From the NCBI GenBank assembly GCA_046757525.1, contig JBHHYI010000007.1, positions 1-54,080 of the forward strand: a stretch of DNA of 54,080 nucleotides, read 5' to 3'. Positions 47,769-54,080 of this stretch are shown piece after piece (the stretch's first letter is position 1; every line of letters begins with the position of its first letter). The translations under genes and the position numbers were made by a program. Under the pieces are notes generated by a model. It saw only the letters and a program-made list of their open reading frames with translations, made no database searches and was not told where the DNA came from. The DNA comes from a bacterium (lineage in GTDB: Bacteria; Zhuqueibacterota; Zhuqueibacteria; Oceanimicrobiales; Oceanimicrobiaceae).

Positions 47769-48539
47769 ATGGTAAGAATAAAAAGCTATGCTATTTTTCT
47801 TATTATTCTGGTTGGCTTAGGCTTATTGGGATGCGGTAAAAAAGAAAAAATAAGGGCCACAATTCTGCCTCCGGAAATAGGCGCGACTTTACAGTTTCGC
47901 GGTTATGTCACTGATGATGAAATTGAGCTAACGAGTGAAATATATAATTTTGACCGTACTGTTACGGAGATCGACACCGTTGAAGGCCATCAAGTTTATG
48001 TATTTAGGTCTGAGAACGAGAGGACACCTTTCTATACAGATGATGTGGGTACAGTTCGTCAATTGGTTACGATTAATCTCACCGACAAAGTTATTCCTCA
48101 TAACCTCACCACCCCAAGAGTTACACTTATTAAGTATTGGGAAACGCTGCTAAAAGTAGATCAGGGTGTCGGTACAGAGTGGCGTGTGCTCGTTGACACC
48201 ACGTTTCAAGGAATTGATTCGACTGGGAAGCCGCAAAAGATTAGATATTATTATTCAGCAAAAGCTAAATATGAAGGTTGGAGTCAAACAGCTATCCCAG
48301 AGGTCAATCGATTCGTGCGGGTACTGGATGTGCACTGGTATGAGATTGAGAATTATGTGGTTAATGAGACCTCAGGAGATTCACTGTTTGTGTGGCGAGG
48401 CACGGCCCACCATTATTTCGATCCAGCCCTGGGCCTGGTAAAATATATCTCCGATTACAAAAAAAGGGTAATGAATCAATCCTACGTTTCCCGGCATGGG
48501 ACCTGGGAATTGGTAGGAAGAAAAATGCCAACCTTGTGA
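47769..48539 (+). CDS. Hypothetical lipoprotein (alternative start 47733)
   Basis: Lipobox LLGC after a hydrophobic stretch; beta-strand-rich. Confidence 0.75.
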   Translation: MVRIKSYAIFLIILVGLGLLGCGKKEKIRATILPPEIGATLQFRGYVTDDEIELTSEIYNFDRTVTEIDTVEGHQVYVFRSENERTPFYTDDVGTVRQLVTINLTDKVIPHNLTTPRVTLIKYWETLLKVDQGVGTEWRVLVDTTFQGIDSTGKPQKIRYYYSAKAKYEGWSQTAIPEVNRFVRVLDVHWYEIENYVVNETSGDSLFVWRGTAHHYFDPALGLVKYISDYKKRVMNQSYVSRHGTWELVGRKMPTL

Positions 48540-48708
48540 TGGCCGTTTCGGGTTTGGTGTTTAGCAAATCCGTTATGCCCTCCCTGTTGAGATTATTGGG
48601 ATTACTTGTCATGCTTCGGTTTCCGTTTTACGTGAGAGGAACCCCAAGTTTGGATTATAGGGTTGCGCGTACGTTGCCTAAGCAATGAGGTAAAACCAGG
48701 AGATAATA

Positions 48709-50988
48709 ATGTGCCGTAAGAGATTGACTCTGACAAATTGCTGCGTACTTTTTTGTGTTTTGTATTTTGCTCCAAAAGGTTTTGCTCAAGAGGTGAGGGT
48801 ATTCGGAGTAATCCGTGATATCAACACGCATGGGGAAATTCATAGTGTCAATGTTTATATAAAAGATACGAATATTGGTACAAGTAGCGATTATTCAGGC
48901 CGGTATTCACTTCAGATTCATGGCACCACTAACAAGATGATTGTCGTGTTTAGACATATCGCTTATGAGACTAAGGGAATTCCGGTTGATTCCCTAAGAA
49001 CGATTAAATATGTCTATCTGCAACCACGAGTGATTCCCCTTCAGGGGGTCGAAATTGAAGAAAAAGGCGTCCGAAGCTTAGAGATTGACAAAGATCTTCC
49101 ACAAGCGGTTTCAATCATGGAGGCGAGAAATTTTGATATTCGTGGTTATGTCGATGCAGGCGATTTACTTAGAACGGACCATAGCGTTCAAATAGACGAA
49201 GAATTGAGTGGCCAGAAAACGGCTTCAATACGGGGAGGCAATCCAGATGAAGTGATTGTTCTGTATAACGGAACCAAAATGAATAGTACCTTTGATAACG
49301 TATTTGATCTGTCACTTATCGATCTTGAGGATATTGATCGCTTTGAATTAATCAAGGGCAGTAATACAGCTCTATACGGCCCCGAAGCGTTTTCTGGAGT
49401 CATTAATATCGTACCCAAATTAGAACAGAATTACACAATTAGATTCCAGCAAAGATTAGGCACCTATCGTTCTGGAAACTTTGGTTTGCACTTGTACAAG
49501 AAATTTCATCGGTTTCAGGGCTCATACAGTTATAAGCGCGGTGGTTTTCGTAGAACATTTGTTGATACGCCTGAGGATAGATCCCGACTTAAGAATTCCT
49601 CTTTGCATCATACTGGTAATTTCAGCTATAGTATAAGCGAGAAGAGTGATGGAAGCCCTGCAAATACGATTGGCTTTATGTGGATATATACTTCCTTGGA
49701 TTTTGACAATCAGCGGGATGATGAGAAGCTTTCGAATTCAAACAAAATGTTCAGTCTGAAGTACACAGGCGATATAGCCGCTGTCAAGAACTTGGATCTT
49801 TCTGTCTCTTATCGAGAATTAGATGAAGACCAGTCTTTATCTTTTGCGACCGGAACTCTCAGGAGAGGTATAGGAGATAAGTCGTTGCATATAAATGTGG
49901 AAAAAGGTTATAAGTTTCGCAGCACGGAGCTATTGTTTGCCTATCAATTTCAGAATGCCGAACTTGGTTTAGTAGATGTACGAAACAATTTTGAGGAACT
50001 CCCCATTGGCCTTCAAGGGTCTGATTTTCGACGTCAACATCACGGTTTTGTAACTATTGCCAAATTTCATGGTGATACGGGAGCAGAGTTTTTGCAGAAC
50101 GTGGATTTTGACGCAAGCTTTCGCCATGATATAGTCAAAGACACTCAATCTAATTCTATAGTGCGCAGCGGTTTTGTAAATGAAGGAGACAGCACGCAAC
50201 CGGGAATTTTTAACAACAATAATTGGCAAAATACCACCGTCAAATTTTCAGTAAATGCTACGGGATATCGAAACGGACTTTTCGTAAATACCTACTTAAA
50301 TTTTGGCTCCAACATAAAATTTCCAACATTATTTCAACAGGTCAGCTCACCATTAGTATTAACCGGAGAGGCCAATAAGCCCAGCCTCAGTCCAGAAAAG
50401 AACCGAAGTCTAGAGCTTGGTGTTGTCATAACTAAAGATACTCGGGAGCACCCAAGTATTTATGGGTGGCAATTCTCAGCAAATTACTTTTTAAACAACT
50501 ATGAAAATAAGTTTAGATTTTTTACGACTCCAGGCATTCCAATCGCTTTCTTTGACAACGTGCAGGATGCGCGCATTTCGGGCTTAGAATCTAAAACGAC
50601 TGTTTTTTTGTTTCGCAAAAAGGTTTCTGTGGCATTAGGATTGTCCAGATATTTTATTTCAGAGCAGGCCGCTTTTCCATTTAGGTCAGAAAATAAAAGA
50701 ACCCTGAATTTTACCATTGACCATGCCGGGTATTCATTTGATGCTCTTTGGTTTAAAGAAGGAGAACAGGTTGGTTTGCTGCGGTTTCTAAGTGGTGAAT
50801 TTGGTCAGGTCTTTCTGCCCGAGTATACCAATCTTGATGTACATCTCAGCAAAACCTTTGCGATAGGGGATCTTAAGTTATTTGCTAATGTTAGTGGTAG
50901 AAATTTATTGAACGATAATGATGTAGAATTGCGGGGACTGAGTATTCGAGATCGACGATTCTACATTACCATTGGTGCCCAATATTGA
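48709..50988 (+). CDS. TonB-dependent receptor
   Basis: SIRGG plug motif, IKGSNTALYG..AFSGVINI, LSPEK, GRNLLN, terminal IGAQY. Confidence 0.9.
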   Translation: MCRKRLTLTNCCVLFCVLYFAPKGFAQEVRVFGVIRDINTHGEIHSVNVYIKDTNIGTSSDYSGRYSLQIHGTTNKMIVVFRHIAYETKGIPVDSLRTIKYVYLQPRVIPLQGVEIEEKGVRSLEIDKDLPQAVSIMEARNFDIRGYVDAGDLLRTDHSVQIDEELSGQKTASIRGGNPDEVIVLYNGTKMNSTFDNVFDLSLIDLEDIDRFELIKGSNTALYGPEAFSGVINIVPKLEQNYTIRFQQRLGTYRSGNFGLHLYKKFHRFQGSYSYKRGGFRRTFVDTPEDRSRLKNSSLHHTGNFSYSISEKSDGSPANTIGFMWIYTSLDFDNQRDDEKLSNSNKMFSLKYTGDIAAVKNLDLSVSYRELDEDQSLSFATGTLRRGIGDKSLHINVEKGYKFRSTELLFAYQFQNAELGLVDVRNNFEELPIGLQGSDFRRQHHGFVTIAKFHGDTGAEFLQNVDFDASFRHDIVKDTQSNSIVRSGFVNEGDSTQPGIFNNNNWQNTTVKFSVNATGYRNGLFVNTYLNFGSNIKFPTLFQQVSSPLVLTGEANKPSLSPEKNRSLELGVVITKDTREHPSIYGWQFSANYFLNNYENKFRFFTTPGIPIAFFDNVQDARISGLESKTTVFLFRKKVSVALGLSRYFISEQAAFPFRSENKRTLNFTIDHAGYSFDALWFKEGEQVGLLRFLSGEFGQVFLPEYTNLDVHLSKTFAIGDLKLFANVSGRNLLNDNDVELRGLSIRDRRFYITIGAQY

Positions 50989-51042
50989 TGTGGCCGTTCA
51001 TCAAATTCGAAGTTTTTTAGGGATATTATTGTAACTGCTGAG

Positions 51043-51894
51043 GTGCAGCAGAGAATGAGAATAACCCGATTTATCATTCATCTGTCTTTTTCGCTCATAG
51101 CTCTTTTAGGTTTTAGTCATTGTACAGGCAATCCGTTTGGTGACAGTGGGATTGCGGGCAAGAGAGAAATTCGTGGCAAGGTCGTACTCAGCCCGGCAGC
51201 AAGCCGCAAAGATATTTTTGTTTGGTTAGAAGGATTTAACATTGGGACGCGCACGGATGAGGGTGGGAATTTCCAGTTGCTGCTGCCGCCGCCTTCCAGC
51301 CAAAGTTCAGGAGGCGTGGATGGTATATTTAATCTCTTTTTTTACCTCGCAAACTATGAACTTGCCACCGCTGAAGTGGTCATTCAAGACGGTGAATTTG
51401 TTTTTTCCAAGGGGGATATTAACCAGGACGGGGAATTATCCTCTCCTGAAAGTTTGTCACAAGTCTTAAGCATTAAGACTGAAATTAGACAAAACGACAT
51501 TATTAAAGAACTCTTCGCGGTTATAATTACTTTGGCGGCCATCCAGGATAGTGTTACCGTAGTTTTTCCAGGGTCTGTTGGAGGGCTTTTGGGAGCCGTT
51601 CTTCTTAGAAACCTTGACACTGGGGAAATCTTCATTATTGAAGGGACACCTGGAGCCATGAGTCGCGATGTAGTACTTATTGGAAAGATGCCAATTACTC
51701 GCAGTTTGTTCTTTAGTTTAAAAGTGAACCCTCTGCCAAGAGGTACGTATGAAGTTATTCCTTATTTATTGCTTCGACACCTGGAGATTCCCACTGACCT
51801 CATTTTAAGTCTTGGAGACGACGTGGAGGGATTAGGCCCTAATTATCTAAAGATTCCTTTTAGACGAGAGCAGGCAATATTTGAGGTCGAGTAA
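51043..51894 (+). CDS. Hypothetical probable lipoprotein with prealbumin-like N-domain
   Basis: GFSHC lipobox-like; IRGKV..VWLEGFNIGTRTDEGGNF. Confidence 0.72.
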   Translation: MQQRMRITRFIIHLSFSLIALLGFSHCTGNPFGDSGIAGKREIRGKVVLSPAASRKDIFVWLEGFNIGTRTDEGGNFQLLLPPPSSQSSGGVDGIFNLFFYLANYELATAEVVIQDGEFVFSKGDINQDGELSSPESLSQVLSIKTEIRQNDIIKELFAVIITLAAIQDSVTVVFPGSVGGLLGAVLLRNLDTGEIFIIEGTPGAMSRDVVLIGKMPITRSLFFSLKVNPLPRGTYEVIPYLLLRHLEIPTDLILSLGDDVEGLGPNYLKIPFRREQAIFEVE

Positions 51895-51896
51895 AA

Positions 51897-53069
51897 TTAT
51901 TCATGAAAAATTGGGACATCCGGGAAAAGAGTTCCCCAGGCGAACCAGTAAGCATTATAAGAAACAGTCGGGGTTAGTTTCTCTCCTTTGCGCGGTCCTG
52001 AGACGGCCTCTCCAAGAAGATTCCAGACATCTCCTTCATTATCTGTCAGGTCAAAGGGAAAAATATGAGGTGATTCTGTTTTAATATCAAATCTTAAGAC
52101 CGTTCCGTCTTGTGCTATTCTTGAATAGCTGATATAAAAGGCTGCTGATTTCATGCCGGCGACAACGACTGGTTCCCCCTCCACTTGATCGTTAATAGCT
52201 CGGGCATTTTCAAACAATGAGAATTGATAGGTTTTGGCTTTGAAATTGAAGCGATCCGCTATGATTCCATGCAACCTTTCTTTTCTTGGCAGTCTCTTAT
52301 CATCAATCATGATGGGAAAAAGTAAAAATGGGTCTGTTTTATAAGTACCGAATGGAAAAATATTATAGGGTCGGTTAAAGCCAGTGTTGGTGGAAACTAC
52401 CCTTGAATTTGGAAACATTTTTTTCCAGGTCCTCCAGGAAGTTTCAATGAGCGGCACAGTTATCATCTCTTCACCGCGCAAGACGCCATTGACACTTCTG
52501 AGTAACATCTGTACCCAGTTGCTCCCTGTCCCTCTATCGTAAGGAATCAAGTTATTATTGTAAAGTAGGCCTGAAACTCCACAACTCACTAAGTTAGCTT
52601 CGGTTTCAAGTGCAACGGCTGAACCTGTCAAAGGACAATAGGTAACCGCGATATCGTTGGTACTGAAATTCTGATTGATTATCTCATGCCAATCAAGAAT
52701 TCTAAGAGGATAGCCTCGAACTTCGTCTCCGACAATTAGTCCCTCAAGCAAATCGTCTTCTTTTAAAAAAGTTGCCTGGTCTAAACTTATTAATTCGGGG
52801 TTTTGTAGAGCCGGGATGCAGTCTCGACCCAGGCAGCCTGCAATAATTTCGGCTCCGCCTCCAGGTACATCCCATCTGGTTTTTGTTTCGTTTGGATTGC
52901 CAGTATTAGCGTCGTCGGCATTTCCCTGAGTATTACCGGTCGGGTCAGGGTTGTAGTTTGGGACATCTTGAATATTGAAATCCGAGGACTGCTCGGGATT
53001 GCCGCCAGAACAGCCAAACAAAACTAAAGTTGTAAATATGACAAAGAGGCCTTTAGAATTGAAAAGCAT
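51897..53069 (-). CDS. DUF3179-family lipoprotein
   Basis: Lipobox LFGC; DCIPAL, YPLRILDWHEIIN, TYCPLTGS, VSGLLYNNNL..YDR, AYWFAW. Confidence 0.85.
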   Translation of the reverse strand: MLFNSKGLFVIFTTLVLFGCSGGNPEQSSDFNIQDVPNYNPDPTGNTQGNADDANTGNPNETKTRWDVPGGGAEIIAGCLGRDCIPALQNPELISLDQATFLKEDDLLEGLIVGDEVRGYPLRILDWHEIINQNFSTNDIAVTYCPLTGSAVALETEANLVSCGVSGLLYNNNLIPYDRGTGSNWVQMLLRSVNGVLRGEEMITVPLIETSWRTWKKMFPNSRVVSTNTGFNRPYNIFPFGTYKTDPFLLFPIMIDDKRLPRKERLHGIIADRFNFKAKTYQFSLFENARAINDQVEGEPVVVAGMKSAAFYISYSRIAQDGTVLRFDIKTESPHIFPFDLTDNEGDVWNLLGEAVSGPRKGEKLTPTVSYNAYWFAWGTLFPDVPIFHE

Positions 53070-53152
53070 AAAAGGGTGTCTCCTTAACTTTTCATTTTAG
53101 GGGTTTCAGTTTTACGAACCCTTTATATGCAGGATAACACCCTGGTATGGTT

Positions 53153-54067
53153 TCATATTCCCGAAAAGAAGGAGAACGTGTAGGACACACCAAAACCGAC
53201 AACTTGACCAGCCGGAAAGTTCATACCGGAAAGGCTAAATCTCACTGAGGCATCCAATGCTACGGGCCCCAAAACCTGCCAAAAGATACCAGGTTCAAAA
53301 TACAATATTGCCCTTTCTGTATCAGGAAGTTTAAATTTTGAATCTGTAAAAATAGCAGTAAACTCCTGACCCCAAAAACCATCTAAAGCTGTTTTGATTA
53401 GAATATTTTTTGTAATGTTAAGTCCTGCTTCCGCGCGAAGGGTGAATTCATCCCCTGGGTCTAAATTGGTTGTTGTAATGGCTGGCTCGTAGCGAAACCG
53501 ATAACCAACCGCCAGGTTGGCATACACTGGAATCGGCCAGAAGGATCGTCCAAATTGAGCAGACACTTCCAAATCCCATTGGCCATCTCCAACAGGTACC
53601 ACTTCAGAATCTACGTTAAAAAAGCCGGTAGGCGCCTTGGCTCCAATTCTGATAGTGGTAACTAATGGTTTAAAGGGAATGCGATACCTGAGGCCGAATC
53701 TGATATCTCCGAAATCTGTTGTTGTTGGACGTTCTGGGTTGACATCATCCTTAAATGAGATATCGAAATAGGGCACTTGAAATTGTACCTCAATTCTGTC
53801 GGTTAATCCGTACCGAAAATCAAAGTAGGTGGCGCTATTTGCAATTTTACCATTGAAAAAGAAACGCGTTCTTTGGCCGTTTCTGCATCGCCTGTCTCCG
53901 CAAATGATATTCCTCGAGGCATAGCGGTCCTTGGTCCGCTGAATAAGAAAGGACGACTTGACCCAAAGTTTGCCTTTTTTGAGCGTCCAGGCGCCTGCCA
54001 AAAGCTGTTGGTCTGGGAAGAGCACGAGCAGAACTTGCAGCAGTATAAAAAGATAAAGTGTACGCAT
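53153..54067 (-). CDS. Outer-membrane beta-barrel (MetA-pathway/transporter-like)
   Basis: Signal peptide, AGAWT, RYGLTDR, FGDIRFGLRY, KAPTG, GDGQWD. Confidence 0.72.
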   Translation of the reverse strand: MRTLYLFILLQVLLVLFPDQQLLAGAWTLKKGKLWVKSSFLIQRTKDRYASRNIICGDRRCRNGQRTRFFFNGKIANSATYFDFRYGLTDRIEVQFQVPYFDISFKDDVNPERPTTTDFGDIRFGLRYRIPFKPLVTTIRIGAKAPTGFFNVDSEVVPVGDGQWDLEVSAQFGRSFWPIPVYANLAVGYRFRYEPAITTTNLDPGDEFTLRAEAGLNITKNILIKTALDGFWGQEFTAIFTDSKFKLPDTERAILYFEPGIFWQVLGPVALDASVRFSLSGMNFPAGQVVGFGVSYTFSFFSGI

Positions 54068-54080
54068 CTGTAATCTGACC

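Overview
Bacterial chromosomal window using genetic code 11. Gene content suggests a diderm FCB-group organism (KSB1/Calditrichota/Ignavibacteria-like; this is inference). From left to right: (i) a BglII/BstYI-family type II restriction-modification pair between an M1 aminopeptidase and an FN3 lipoprotein; (ii) a metallophosphoesterase and an mglB-mglA-second-roadblock module; (iii) a candidate minus-strand sRNA and a hybrid histidine kinase; (iv) the housekeeping run tRNA-Leu(TAG)-tig-clpP-clpX-lon-engB, then a class V aminotransferase, a SerA-like dehydrogenase and a sigma-54 activator; (v) an accessory envelope region with an FG-GAP protein, a 5-heme cytochrome, a TGA-interrupted propeller lipoprotein, an 8-heme/TPR protein, a membrane-fused spermidine-synthase-like protein, a CRTAC1/ASPIC-UnbV lipoprotein and a TPR protein; (vi) a sigma-54-type promoter ahead of an operon of DUF4397 lipoprotein, TonB-dependent receptor, ~1180-aa T9SS-CTD protein and PorV-family barrel, followed by a GWxTD protein; (vii) a second TonB-dependent receptor with lipoproteins, and a DUF3179/beta-barrel pair. 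Intergenic DNA carries several families of palindromic repeats with swappable inner hairpins and compensatory base changes. I saw no transposase, integrase, CRISPR array or rRNA. Best candidates for an undescribed system are the TBDR-CTD cargo-PorV operon, the multiheme/TPR/CRTAC1 cluster and the sRNA. All family assignments come from motif recognition by eye, not database searches.
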